NCBI GenBank assembly: GCA_947444305.1
Contig: CANEZP010000020.1
Coordinates: 6,703-70,702 of the forward strand
Reading direction: 5' to 3'
DNA: 64,000 bases
Source of the DNA: Pseudobdellovibrionaceae bacterium
GTDB lineage: Bacteria > Bdellovibrionota > Bdellovibrionia > Bdellovibrionales > UBA1609
The notes below the pieces were generated by a model. The model searched no databases and was not told where the DNA came from. It saw nothing but the letters and a program-made list of their open reading frames with translations. The position numbers were made by a program, and so were the translations under genes. Each line of letters opens with the position of its first letter. Positions within the stretch are counted from its first letter, which is position 1. Below, piece after piece: positions 45,621 through 55,290 of the stretch.

Positions 45621-45980
45621 TTATTGCGGCATCGCTAACTGACTGCCGGCCAATTGAATAATCTGGCCGGTACGGGCGTCGTTTAAGGTCAAATGCCGAA
45701 CGGCGTATTTGCGCACGAGTTCGGGGCGCGTGAGTTGCGCGTACTCCATGCTCATCAAGCGGTAACGATCGCGAAGCGCGCGGTATTCCTGGCTCGCTTT
45801 TAAAGTTTGGTAACCCATGCGGCGTACTTCCATCTTCAGAAGTACGAGTGAGAAAAGAGTCGCGACGAAGATGAGTACGCTAAAGAACGGTAAGAATTCG
45901 GTGAACTTAGTCCCCGCTATCTTCCTCGGCCCCGGGCTTTTTGTATCCGGATTTTTTGTCTGCGTACTTGTCTCTAACAT
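45621..45980 (-). CDS. ftsL: FtsL-like cell division protein
   Basis: Single TM plus coiled coil, located between rsmH and ftsI. Confidence 0.7.
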   Translation of the reverse strand: MLETSTQTKNPDTKSPGPRKIAGTKFTEFLPFFSVLIFVATLFSLVLLKMEVRRMGYQTLKASQEYRALRDRYRLMSMEYAQLTRPELVRKYAVRHLTLNDARTGQIIQLAGSQLAMPQ

Positions 45981-46857
45981 CGTTGTTCACCCCTCGCTGA
46001 AAGACCCTTAGCTTTGCGCTTCGTGAGCGTGGATTTGCGCTTTCTTCTTCGCGCGTCGGAACGACCACTTTTTTGAACAGTGGATAGCCCAATCCCCAAC
46101 CCTCTTTGAAAGCATACTTTACGATTCGGTCTTCGAGAGAGTGAAATGTGATTATTATCAAACGTCCGGATGGGCTTAACGCGCGCATCAAGTCGGGCAA
46201 GCAAGACTCAAGTCCGGAGAGTTCGTTGTTTACCGCCATACGTAGAGCTAAAAAGAAACGCGTGGCCGGGTGGTGTCCCTTACGCGACCAACCTTCGACC
46301 CGTTCGATCAGCGAAGCGAGGTCACGGGTCGTAACGAAAGGTTTCTCTTTGCGGTCGTTGACGATTGCGCGCACCACCCTTTGCGGGCGGCGGATTTCGC
46401 CGAGTTTAATAAACAAATCATTCAGCTCGACTTCGGGCCAGGTGTTCACAACGTCGGCGGCCGAATATTTCAAAGTTTGGTCCATGCGCATGTCGAGCGG
46501 CCCGTCGTGATAAAAACTAAAACCACGGGCGGCTTCATCGAGCTGCGGTGAACTGACGCCCAGATCTAGCAAGATCACGTCAAAACCCTCTGGCGGCGCG
46601 CCTTTCAGCGAAGCGACGTTGTGGAAATTGAAGTGCTGAATCGAGAAACGGTCTTCCGTGATTTCGGCGGCGAACTCTTTTTGGGCGTGCTCAACCGCGG
46701 CTAAATCTTGATCGATGCCGTACACTTTCGCCTGAGGCATCGCCTCAAGCATCGCGCGGCTGTGCCCGCCCCGGCCGAAGGTTCCGTCCAACACCGAGCG
46801 AGGTCGATTTTTTTGCGCAAATTTCAGGACTTCCTCGAGCAGAACCGGCTTGTGCAT
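45907..46857 (-). CDS. rsmH: 16S rRNA m4C1402 methyltransferase
   Basis: HKPVLL, DGTFGRGGHS, DLGVSSPQLD, RGFSF, FHSLEDR, NPRSRSAKLR. Confidence 0.98.
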   Translation of the reverse strand: MHKPVLLEEVLKFAQKNRPRSVLDGTFGRGGHSRAMLEAMPQAKVYGIDQDLAAVEHAQKEFAAEITEDRFSIQHFNFHNVASLKGAPPEGFDVILLDLGVSSPQLDEAARGFSFYHDGPLDMRMDQTLKYSAADVVNTWPEVELNDLFIKLGEIRRPQRVVRAIVNDRKEKPFVTTRDLASLIERVEGWSRKGHHPATRFFLALRMAVNNELSGLESCLPDLMRALSPSGRLIIITFHSLEDRIVKYAFKEGWGLGYPLFKKVVVPTREEESANPRSRSAKLRVFQRGVNNDVRDKYADKKSGYKKPGAEEDSGD

Positions 46858-46904
46858 AGAAATTCAGTAGCATGGATTTTTGGTTAAGGTTAGCCTGATA
46901 AAGC

Positions 46905-47936
46905 ATGATGATGGAATGTCCGCGCTGCGGTTTTTCGCAACCGAAAGATCAATATTGCGCCAGCTGTGGCGTGAACGTGGACCATTTGTTGGCGAAACCC
47001 AAACCCTTCTGGTCACGGCTGCTCGCCAATCCGAATTTTCACCTTTCGCTCATCGGCGGCCTCATCGTGCTCGTCGTCGGTTGGATTTTCTTCACGCAAT
47101 CGGCGCTCGTAAACCGCGAGGTACGCCGTGTTCTCGATTTGCCGGTCTCCTCCCGCAACGCCGGCGAACCCGGGGATCCGTTGAGCAAAGCTATACCGGA
47201 GCAATTTGACATCCTTGAAGAGGCCGAAGACGAGAACGAGGATCAGGCCGCGCCCGTGCCCGCCGCCGCGGTCGGCGCCGTCGGTGTCGGCGAAAGCCGC
47301 ACACCCGAAGAAATTTTAGCGGCCGCGGTCGGGGCGCCTCCCCCTCCCGGTTCGAAAGCGGCGGTGGCGGCCGGCGATCCGCAGACGATTCAGATTCTTT
47401 CGTGGGAAGTGCCGCGCGAAACTTTGACCGCGCTCTTTACTTCCGGCCAGCGGGTGGGCGAAGGCCTCGGCGGCCGTTCGTACGCGTGGGCCCAGGGCGC
47501 GAAGGTGCTCGAAACTTTACAGACGACGGGCCAAGCGTTGGGCGCCGGCAAAGTGGCGCCGCTCGCCGCGAACGCGCAGCTATTTCAAATTACGCCGCCG
47601 ACCGCTCCCGAAATGTTTCAGTTCGACATCGCGATTCAGGTTACGAAATTTGAAAATAAGGAAGCGACGCTACGCTGGGCGATCAACTACGCCCTTCCGC
47701 AACCCGAGCCGCCCGGCCAGGCCGCGCCGGCCATGCGGCAAGTGCTCGAAGGAAGCTTCACCGGCAACGGCACGCTCACCGCGCAAAGCTTAGTGATGAT
47801 CGTCATGGAACCGATGAATCGCGTCGCGCGCGAAGATTACCTGACGAAGGCCGGCGAGGGCCCGTGGTCGGTCTTCGCTTCGCCGGAATTTCGCTCGGGG
47901 CTCACCGACTGGGTCATGGTCATTCAGTTAAAGTGA
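46905..47936 (+). CDS. hypothetical membrane protein with N-terminal zinc ribbon
   Basis: CPRC...CASC, one TM, acidic/Pro-Ala linker, periplasmic domain. Confidence 0.75.
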   Translation: MMMECPRCGFSQPKDQYCASCGVNVDHLLAKPKPFWSRLLANPNFHLSLIGGLIVLVVGWIFFTQSALVNREVRRVLDLPVSSRNAGEPGDPLSKAIPEQFDILEEAEDENEDQAAPVPAAAVGAVGVGESRTPEEILAAAVGAPPPPGSKAAVAAGDPQTIQILSWEVPRETLTALFTSGQRVGEGLGGRSYAWAQGAKVLETLQTTGQALGAGKVAPLAANAQLFQITPPTAPEMFQFDIAIQVTKFENKEATLRWAINYALPQPEPPGQAAPAMRQVLEGSFTGNGTLTAQSLVMIVMEPMNRVAREDYLTKAGEGPWSVFASPEFRSGLTDWVMVIQLK

Positions 47937-48470
47937 TTTTACGAATTCCAAAACTTCTTCGGCGTGGCCGTCGACTTTGACCTTGCGCCACTCCTTAACG
48001 AGCTTGCCGTCTTCGCCGATGACGAAGGTGGAGCGCTCGATGCCGCGCACTTGTTTGCCGTACATGTTTTTCATTTTAACGACGTCAAAGATTTTGCAAA
48101 GGGTTTCGTCTTCGTCGCTGAGCAGATCGACTTTGTACTTTTGATTGAGTTTGAATTTCTCGTGCGACTTCATTGAGTCGCGAGAGATGCCGAAGACTTC
48201 CGCGCCGAGCGCTTTGAACTTGGGCAGTAGCCTTGAGAAATCTTGGCCCTCGGTCGTGCAACCCGGGGTCGCGTCCTTCGGGTAAAAATAAAGAACGACT
48301 TTCTTGCCCTTTAATTCTTTGAGCGACACGGTTCGCTCGCCGGTCGACGCCGCTTTGAATGCGGGCACGGTTTTCCCGACGAGGGTAGAAATTGGGCTGC
48401 TTAATTTAGCGGCAGCTTTTTTAATCGGCTTCTTCACGGTTTTTTTAGTCGCGGTCGTAGTTGTTTTCAT
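47928..48470 (-). CDS. bcp: BCP-type peroxiredoxin
   Basis: YFYPKDATPGCTTE, GISRD, RSTFVI; Lys-rich N-terminal extension. Confidence 0.93.
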   Translation of the reverse strand: MKTTTTATKKTVKKPIKKAAAKLSSPISTLVGKTVPAFKAASTGERTVSLKELKGKKVVLYFYPKDATPGCTTEGQDFSRLLPKFKALGAEVFGISRDSMKSHEKFKLNQKYKVDLLSDEDETLCKIFDVVKMKNMYGKQVRGIERSTFVIGEDGKLVKEWRKVKVDGHAEEVLEFVKSL

Positions 48471-48559
48471 GACCGCGTTGTTACCATAAATTTTCCGCTT
48501 TCCTCAAGCCGCCGATTGCCCTAGCCTAGGCGCTTACTTTTAGGGATAGGGAGAATTGG

Positions 48560-49177
48560 GTGAACGACGGATTTACGCGTCCGCAGCCGCATAGCGGGTG
48601 GATTGAAGTCATCGTGGGCTGCATGTTCAGCGGCAAGACCGAAGAATTGATTAAACAAATGCGCCGGGCGCACATCGCGCGCCAACGCTGCCAAACTTTC
48701 AAACCGCAGATTGACTCGCGCTATTCAAAAACCGAAGTCGCTTCGCACGATCAAAACCGGCTCGCGGCGTTTCCCGTTGACCAAGCCGCCGAAATTCCGC
48801 CGCTCGTTCACGCCAACACCATGGTCGTTGCGATCGACGAGGGACAATTCTTCGGCCCCGAAATCGTCGATATCGCCACCTTGCTCGCCAACTCGGGCAA
48901 GCGGGTCATCATCGCCGGTCTCGACACGGATTGGCGAGGTCGCCCGTTTGGCCCCATGCCCCAATTGATGGCCGTCGCCGAGGTCGTTCGCAAGCAACAC
49001 GCCATCTGCCGCACTTGCGGAAGTCCCGCGACACGCACCCAGCGCATGACTTCTGCGACCGAGGATATCTTGGTGGCCTCTTCCGACGCTTACGAGGCCC
49101 GTTGCCGGAAGCATTTTGACCCCGAATTAGGCATGCATCCCTTGACAGAACGCGCGCAAAATTTAAATTTGTCATAA
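48560..49177 (+). CDS. tdk: thymidine kinase
   Basis: GCMFSGKTEEL, IDEGQFF, AGLD, zinc-binding Cys residues, YEARCR. Confidence 0.96.
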   Translation: MNDGFTRPQPHSGWIEVIVGCMFSGKTEELIKQMRRAHIARQRCQTFKPQIDSRYSKTEVASHDQNRLAAFPVDQAAEIPPLVHANTMVVAIDEGQFFGPEIVDIATLLANSGKRVIIAGLDTDWRGRPFGPMPQLMAVAEVVRKQHAICRTCGSPATRTQRMTSATEDILVASSDAYEARCRKHFDPELGMHPLTERAQNLNLS

Positions 49178-49191
49178 TCTAGGAGACGACC

Positions 49192-49719
49192 TTGGAAAAC
49201 TTGCGCCTTTCGCCCTTAATTTCTGAAGATGAGATCCGCAACCGGGTGGTCAAACTCGGCGCCACCATCACCGATAAATTTAAGGGCAAGGACGTCGTGG
49301 TCGTGGGCGTACTCAAAGGTTCGTTCATGTTTTTCGCCGATTTGATCCGCGCGATCGATACGGATTTATCCTGCGACTTCGTGGGCGTAAGTTCCTACTC
49401 CGGCACCCAATCTTCGGGCGAAGTAAAAATCAATTTAGATTTAAGCCGCTCAATCAAAGGGCGCCACGTGGTTTTGGTCGAAGACATCGTCGACACCGGT
49501 TTGACCATGAACTACCTGCGCCGCCACCTGGAGAACCATAAACCGCAAGCTTTGCTTACGGCGTCCTTATTGCTTAAACCCGACGCCTTAAAAGAAAAAT
49601 GCGAAGTGGATTTGGTCGGCTTCAAAATCCCGAACGACTTCGTCGTGGGCTACGGTTTGGATTACCAAGGCTACTTCCGCAATCTGCCGTACATCGCGCA
49701 GGTTTCAAATATCAATTAG
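49192..49719 (+). CDS. hpt: hypoxanthine phosphoribosyltransferase
   Basis: LKGS, VEDIVDTGLT, FVVGYGLDY, RNLP. Confidence 0.96.
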   Translation: MENLRLSPLISEDEIRNRVVKLGATITDKFKGKDVVVVGVLKGSFMFFADLIRAIDTDLSCDFVGVSSYSGTQSSGEVKINLDLSRSIKGRHVVLVEDIVDTGLTMNYLRRHLENHKPQALLTASLLLKPDALKEKCEVDLVGFKIPNDFVVGYGLDYQGYFRNLPYIAQVSNIN

Positions 49720-49774
49720 TTCGGTATACAAATTTAGTTTGCCGCAATTCGCCCGTCGTTCGATAAGTGCGTGA

Positions 49775-50064
49775 AATGACTGATGACACAACGTCTCTTT
49801 TCCAGAAAAGAAAAGACGCGTTATCTCCGCTTTCAAGAGGGCTAATCTCGTGTGCGCGAGATTTATCCATCCATGCGAAGGCCATCTCGCCGCCGTCCAC
49901 GGCGTCGAGACCGAAAAAATTAACTCGGATTTTATTTCTTAAGACACTCCGCCCGGAAGGCGGAGGGGAACCACTCTCATGGATGGAAGATCTTCGCGCC
50001 GCACAGATGGGGTAGTCGGAGACCAAACCCTCAAGCTACTATGTCCAAAATCGGACATAGTAGC
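49775..50064. ncRNA. candidate structured ncRNA of unknown family
   Basis: Five hairpins plus a 10-bp long-range helix (49866-49875 with 49978-49987) within a 360-bp gap between convergent genes; ends in a 12-bp perfect stem at 50035-50064. Confidence 0.4.
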
Positions 50065-50079
50065 GATAGGTCAAAAAAA

Positions 50080-51408
50080 CTATTCCAGCTCCGCGCGGGC
50101 TTGGCTCTCTTGCACCAACGGGACCCGCAGGATGTGCTTGCGGGATAAAGGCGTGCGGCCCTTCCAGACGGAGTCGGTCACGTGGGGGTTCAAGATCTTG
50201 GCGAGTTCGATGTCGTTGTTAAACCACTTCAGCATGTCTTTGACGTTTTTGTTCTGCACCAATTTGATTTCGGCGCCGCGCACTTCGGGCATAACTTCGA
50301 GAGGACCGAAATATTTTTCGGCGTTGCGCTCGACATCGACGGCGGCCAAAAAGCTTGCGTAAAAGCTAGCCGAGGCAAAACCGAAACGGCCACGGCGGAC
50401 GTCGGTCAGTTCGGCTAAATCGGTGGTGCCCATCTTTTCCGTCAAACGGCGTACGCCCGAGGGACCGTGGTTGTACGCGGTCACCGCCAGCGGCCAGTGT
50501 TTCAGCATCGTGTAGTTGTCGCGCATCTTGCGTGCGGCCGAAGCGGTCGCGCGCAAAGGATCGTTGCGTTCGTCGGCCGAGCCGTCGAGGCGCATGTACA
50601 TGCGCGCCGTCGAACGCATGAATTGCCAAATACCGCTGGCGCCGACCCGGGAGCGGGCGCGTAAGTTGAAAGAACTTTCGACGAACGGCAAACGGGTCAG
50701 TTCAACCGGGACGCCTTCGCGGCGGAAGATGTCTTCCATCTGTTTTATGTAGCGGCCGCTTGAGTAAATTCCGTTGATAAACTGATTGCGCTGCCCGAGT
50801 TGAAAGCGCAAACGCCCTTTGCGTCCCGCTTCGATGAACTTGCGGGGTTGGTCGACCTTCGCGAACATTTCCCAGTAGCGTAAGTCTTCGCCGGTTAGAC
50901 CCTCGGCCGTTTTTGATTCACCTACGCGTTTTAAACGCGCGGCGATTTCTTTTTTCTTTTCGTCGACACGTTTGCGACGCGCTTTTTCGCGCTGTCTATC
51001 GGTCAAATCTTTTTGCGCCGTTATGTCGCCGAAGTCGATGCTTTCGTAAATGATGTGCACGTACTGGCTGTCGTGCAAGATTCCCTGGTCGGACGTGTAC
51101 TTGGTGTAAATGTCTTTCCAAAATTGTACGCGCTCTTCCATGCCTTTGGGCACGGCGAAAGCTTCGGGCGTCCAACCGAGGGCATTTTCTTGGCCCGTGT
51201 ATACCGGCGGCGACCACTTCGGGTTCAGCGGCGTGAACTCCAATTTCTCCTCGGGCAAAGGCATAACTTCTTCGGTTTGCAAAAGAGGTTCGCTCTCGCC
51301 GAGTGAGGTGATGCCGTCATCGGGAGTCATCTCTAAAGCGAACGCACATACGCCGATGCCGGAAGCAACCGCGACCACGGAAATCCATTTCCATTTATTT
51401 TTTAGCAT
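50080..51408 (-). CDS. lytic transglycosylase (SLT/MltD-like)
   Basis: LPFVESSF, GASGIWQFM, AVTAYNHG, LNP. Confidence 0.9.
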   Translation of the reverse strand: MLKNKWKWISVVAVASGIGVCAFALEMTPDDGITSLGESEPLLQTEEVMPLPEEKLEFTPLNPKWSPPVYTGQENALGWTPEAFAVPKGMEERVQFWKDIYTKYTSDQGILHDSQYVHIIYESIDFGDITAQKDLTDRQREKARRKRVDEKKKEIAARLKRVGESKTAEGLTGEDLRYWEMFAKVDQPRKFIEAGRKGRLRFQLGQRNQFINGIYSSGRYIKQMEDIFRREGVPVELTRLPFVESSFNLRARSRVGASGIWQFMRSTARMYMRLDGSADERNDPLRATASAARKMRDNYTMLKHWPLAVTAYNHGPSGVRRLTEKMGTTDLAELTDVRRGRFGFASASFYASFLAAVDVERNAEKYFGPLEVMPEVRGAEIKLVQNKNVKDMLKWFNNDIELAKILNPHVTDSVWKGRTPLSRKHILRVPLVQESQARAELE

Positions 51409-51411
51409 TAC

Positions 51412-52824
51412 TTATTGCACCAGCTCCGTGGCCAACTGGTCAAACAGCCGTCGGACCAGATCTCCTTGTTCGGCCTTTCCGTTGAATATGAAGGCGAAAG
51501 CCTGGACCGACCCATCCTTGTGTCCAGCATAACCAGCGAGCGCGACCACCCCGGTGAGAAGCCCCGTCTTCGCGCGTACCCAACCGGTCGCCGGCGAATT
51601 CTTCATTCGGTTTTTCAAAGTGCCGTCGATCCCAGCGAGCGGCATCCCGCTCATGAACTCGGCGAAGGTGGGAAAGTTTTGTTGCTGCTTCGCCAAGACC
51701 ATCGCGAGATCCACCGGGCGGATCCTGTTCTTGCGGCTTAAACCGGATGGGTTGAGCAGAATAAATTTCTTCGGATCGAGGCCCATATCTTCAAGATTGT
51801 CGCGGATGATCTTCATGCCGCCGTCCAACGTCGCGGGAACGGTGCCCGCCTGCGCCGCTAAATTTTTGGTCAACATCTCGGCCACGAAGTTGTTAGAAAA
51901 CTTAAGCATGTCGGCGACGTGAAGGCTTACCGGTTTGGACTCGGCCTTCGCCAGCAGCGTGGCTTTTTCCGGCCGTTTGCCCGCTTTGACTTTGCCGCTT
52001 ACGGTGATGCCACGTTGTTCGAGAAAGAAAACCAAATTATTTCCGGCCCACTCGTCGGGGTCGTCGATATTTTTAAATACCGCCGCTTCATTGCTGCCGA
52101 GACCGATCGTCCCCGACACGCGAACCGTATTGCCCGAGCGCGAGACGTCCAAGTTCGTGCCGGTTTTGTTCACGGTCTTGGCGCGATTGTCGATTTTGAA
52201 ACCATTCGCGATCGGATCGAGCACGACCTGCGGCGCCTGCCCGACTTGTGCCGGACGAATGAAGATATTGATCGAATTCCAATTAAAGGACATAGCGCCG
52301 ACGGGAGCGTCGTAAGCGCGGTCGACCCGCTCGGGATCGCGGCTCGGATCCGAGCGCACGCTATCGAAATCGCTGTCGTCGACGACGATGTTGCCCTCGA
52401 CTTTTTTGATTCCCGTGCGCACGAGCTCGTTCACCAAGAACCACATGCTCTCGCTAACGAAGCCCGCGTCGCCCCCGCCCTTCAAAACTAAATCGCCGTC
52501 GAGTACGCCGTTCTTGACCGAACCCGAAGACCAAAGCGTCGTTTGGAATTTGAAACTCGGTCCCAACTTTTGTAATACGGCGGCCGCGGTCGCGATCTTC
52601 GTGACCGACGCGGGAATGAACGCTTCGGTCTCGTTTAAGCCGTAAATCATCCGTTGCGGCGTGGCCCCCAAATCGACCACCGCCAAGCCCAATTTCGTTT
52701 GCGGAACCGAGAAAGATTTGAGCACCTTCGAAAGACGCGCGTTGAGGTCCTTATTGTCCGCATTTTTCTGCGCGAAGGCGGGAATACCGAAAATCATTGC
52801 GGCGAGAAGAAGGATTCTGGACAC
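51412..52824 (-). CDS. dacB: D-Ala-D-Ala carboxypeptidase/endopeptidase PBP4 (S13)
   Basis: PASVTK, SNN, SGLSR, DGTL, AKTG; GTG start after GAGG. Confidence 0.93.
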   Translation of the reverse strand: MSRILLLAAMIFGIPAFAQKNADNKDLNARLSKVLKSFSVPQTKLGLAVVDLGATPQRMIYGLNETEAFIPASVTKIATAAAVLQKLGPSFKFQTTLWSSGSVKNGVLDGDLVLKGGGDAGFVSESMWFLVNELVRTGIKKVEGNIVVDDSDFDSVRSDPSRDPERVDRAYDAPVGAMSFNWNSINIFIRPAQVGQAPQVVLDPIANGFKIDNRAKTVNKTGTNLDVSRSGNTVRVSGTIGLGSNEAAVFKNIDDPDEWAGNNLVFFLEQRGITVSGKVKAGKRPEKATLLAKAESKPVSLHVADMLKFSNNFVAEMLTKNLAAQAGTVPATLDGGMKIIRDNLEDMGLDPKKFILLNPSGLSRKNRIRPVDLAMVLAKQQQNFPTFAEFMSGMPLAGIDGTLKNRMKNSPATGWVRAKTGLLTGVVALAGYAGHKDGSVQAFAFIFNGKAEQGDLVRRLFDQLATELVQ

Positions 52825-52853
52825 GGCCACCTCGATTGCTATCATTGAGTCGC

Positions 52854-54368
52854 ATGACGCTTAATTTAAGACCCATTTTTCTTTCCCCGCTACTGATTTT
52901 TGCCGGCCTCCTCGTTTCTTCGTGCACGGGCGGCCGGAAAACTCCGCCCGACACGCTGGTCGTCGCCTTGGGTGCGGCGCCTTCGACGCTGGACCCGCGC
53001 TTTGCGACCGACGCGAACGGTATGCGCATCGGCGGTCTGATTTTCAATTCGCTCGTCAGGCCCGGAACGGATTTTAAGCCCACGGCCGACGGCGCCGAAT
53101 CGTGGTCATATAAGGACCACGCCTTCATCTTCGAACTTCGCAAAGGCCTAAAATTCCACAACGGCCGTGAAGTGACACCCGAAGATGTTTTGTTTTCGTT
53201 CGAACAGTACCGGCTGCCCGCCTCACCGTTCGCGTCGATATTAGATTCGGTAACCGGCGTCGACGCGGTAAAAGCCGGGGACGGGCACATCACCGTCACG
53301 CTGAAAGTTAAAAACTATTCCGACAAATTCTTGGTGAGTGATTTACCGGGAGTAAAGATCCTACCGAAAGAAGAAACGCTTAAGGCCGGCCCCGACTTCG
53401 CGAAGGTCTTGCTCGGCACGGGCTCATACAAATTCGTTAGCCAAGATTCGTCGAACGTCCACCTCGAAGGCGTCACGGCAAAAACTAAAAAACTAAATTT
53501 TAAAATCATCCGCGACGATTTCACTCGCTACCAAAAATTATTGAAGGGCGAAGTCGATTTAGTCCAAAGCGATATTCCTCTCGATAAGGTCGACGATTTT
53601 GAGAAACGCCAAGACGAATTTCAGGTCATTCGCTTCCCTGGCTTGACGATGACTTACGTGCTGCTCAACTTTAAAGATCCGGCTCTCAAAACGAAGGAAG
53701 TCCGGCAAGCCCTTTCACAAACGCTGCAGCGCCAAGACATCATTACGCACAAGTTGAGGGGCCTGGGGGTTGAGGCGACCTCGTTGCTCACGCCGAACAA
53801 TCCCTATTTCAACACGGAGCTGGTGAACCCGGCGTTCAATTTGGCGGCGGCGAAGAAGACAATCGAAAAGCTCGCGCTCGCCGGTAAAAAGCTGACGCTG
53901 AAGACGTCGAACCAACCGGCGGCGGCCGACAACGGCAAGGTCATCGCGCATCAGATGTCACAGTCGGGTTTAAACGTCGAATTACAAACTTACGAATGGG
54001 CCACCTTTTACGATGACGTAAAGAAGGGTAATTTCCAAATGGCGACGATGAAGTGGGTCGGTACCATTGATCCCGATCTTTACCGCATCGCTTTTCACTC
54101 GAAAGAAACTCCCCCGGGCCGCAACCGTGGTTCGTATTCGAATGCCAAGCTCGATCCCTTACTTGAAAAAAGCGCCGTGACCGAAGACCTTGGCCAACGC
54201 AAAAAAGTTATGCTCGAGATCCAGAAGATCGTGCACGAGGACCTCGTGATGATTCCCCTGTGGTACGACCAACAGGTCGCGGTCGCTCGCAAAAACATTT
54301 TAGATTATCACCCCGTGCAAACCGGCGAATTTCAACCGTTCGCCGAGATTAGAAAGTCGGATCAATGA
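52854..54368 (+). CDS. family 5 (peptide/nickel) ABC substrate-binding lipoprotein
   Basis: Lipobox VSSC, TLDP, LRKGLKFHNG...DVLFSF, GTGSYK, VRQAL. Confidence 0.9.
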   Translation: MTLNLRPIFLSPLLIFAGLLVSSCTGGRKTPPDTLVVALGAAPSTLDPRFATDANGMRIGGLIFNSLVRPGTDFKPTADGAESWSYKDHAFIFELRKGLKFHNGREVTPEDVLFSFEQYRLPASPFASILDSVTGVDAVKAGDGHITVTLKVKNYSDKFLVSDLPGVKILPKEETLKAGPDFAKVLLGTGSYKFVSQDSSNVHLEGVTAKTKKLNFKIIRDDFTRYQKLLKGEVDLVQSDIPLDKVDDFEKRQDEFQVIRFPGLTMTYVLLNFKDPALKTKEVRQALSQTLQRQDIITHKLRGLGVEATSLLTPNNPYFNTELVNPAFNLAAAKKTIEKLALAGKKLTLKTSNQPAAADNGKVIAHQMSQSGLNVELQTYEWATFYDDVKKGNFQMATMKWVGTIDPDLYRIAFHSKETPPGRNRGSYSNAKLDPLLEKSAVTEDLGQRKKVMLEIQKIVHEDLVMIPLWYDQQVAVARKNILDYHPVQTGEFQPFAEIRKSDQ

Positions 54369-55279
54369 ACCGTCCGCTCTTACTCTGCGTCGATGATGAA
54401 AGCGCGATTTTACAATCACTCGAGAGAGTTTTTAAGGACCAGTTCCGCGTACTCACCTCGGAATCACCCGCCGAAGCGCTCGAAACCTTGCGACTCAATA
54501 CCGATTGCGCGATCGTTCTCAGTGATTACCGCATGCCCGGAATGAACGGCGTAGAATTTTTAAGACACGCACGCACGATCGTGCCGCTGACCTCACGCGC
54601 GATACTTTCCGGCCAAATTGATTTGTCGCAAATCAGCGAAGCGATCAACAACGGCGACATCCATAAGTTTTTTCTCAAACCTTGGGAGAACGAGTACCTC
54701 GCCCTACAAATGCAGGAAGCTTTGCAGATGCACCGTACGCTGCGCGAGAAAGCGCATTACGAGCGTCTGGCCATCACCGATCCCGTTACGCAATTGACGA
54801 ATCACCGTTTCTTTCAAGATCAAGTGCGGTTAGAGATCCGCAAAGCGAGTGACGCGAAATCACCGTTATCGCTGATGATCGTCGACGTCGATCACTTCAA
54901 AGGTTTCAACGACCGCTTCGGGCATCCCGAAGGCGACCGCTTACTGTTTAAGCTTGCGGGTTTTTTGCAAGATACGGTCAAGAACCGCGGCTACGTTTCA
55001 CGTTACGGCGGCGAAGAATTCACCGTGATCCTTCCCGGCTTTGATACCGCCGAGGCCACGACTTTCGCGAACGAAATTCGCTCGAAGCTTGAACAGACTC
55101 CGCTGGCCGGACCCACGTCGAGCCCAACTTTCGTCACCGTTAGTTCTGGTCTGGCTTCGTATCCTCAACACGGAATCAACGCGGCCGACCTGATTGAATC
55201 GGCGGACAAAGCGCTTTATCAAGCCAAAAGGCAAGGCCGAAACCAAGTCGCGATTGCTGCGCCGTCTAAGCCCGGCTAG
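54365..55279 (+). CDS. REC-GGDEF diguanylate cyclase
   Basis: VDDE, SDYRMP, KPW; DVDHFK, NDRFGH, RYGGEEF, ADKALYQAK. Confidence 0.93.
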   Translation: MNRPLLLCVDDESAILQSLERVFKDQFRVLTSESPAEALETLRLNTDCAIVLSDYRMPGMNGVEFLRHARTIVPLTSRAILSGQIDLSQISEAINNGDIHKFFLKPWENEYLALQMQEALQMHRTLREKAHYERLAITDPVTQLTNHRFFQDQVRLEIRKASDAKSPLSLMIVDVDHFKGFNDRFGHPEGDRLLFKLAGFLQDTVKNRGYVSRYGGEEFTVILPGFDTAEATTFANEIRSKLEQTPLAGPTSSPTFVTVSSGLASYPQHGINAADLIESADKALYQAKRQGRNQVAIAAPSKPG

Positions 55280-55290
55280 AATTTAAGGAT

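Noticed and set aside
48598-48610. Extra GGATTGAAG box
   Set aside because: Falls within tdk codons (W-I-E) as a single copy; likely chance.
49940-49970. SRP RNA (CCGGAAGG loop)
   Set aside because: Lacks the CAGG/AGCAG internal-loop motif of SRP helix 8.
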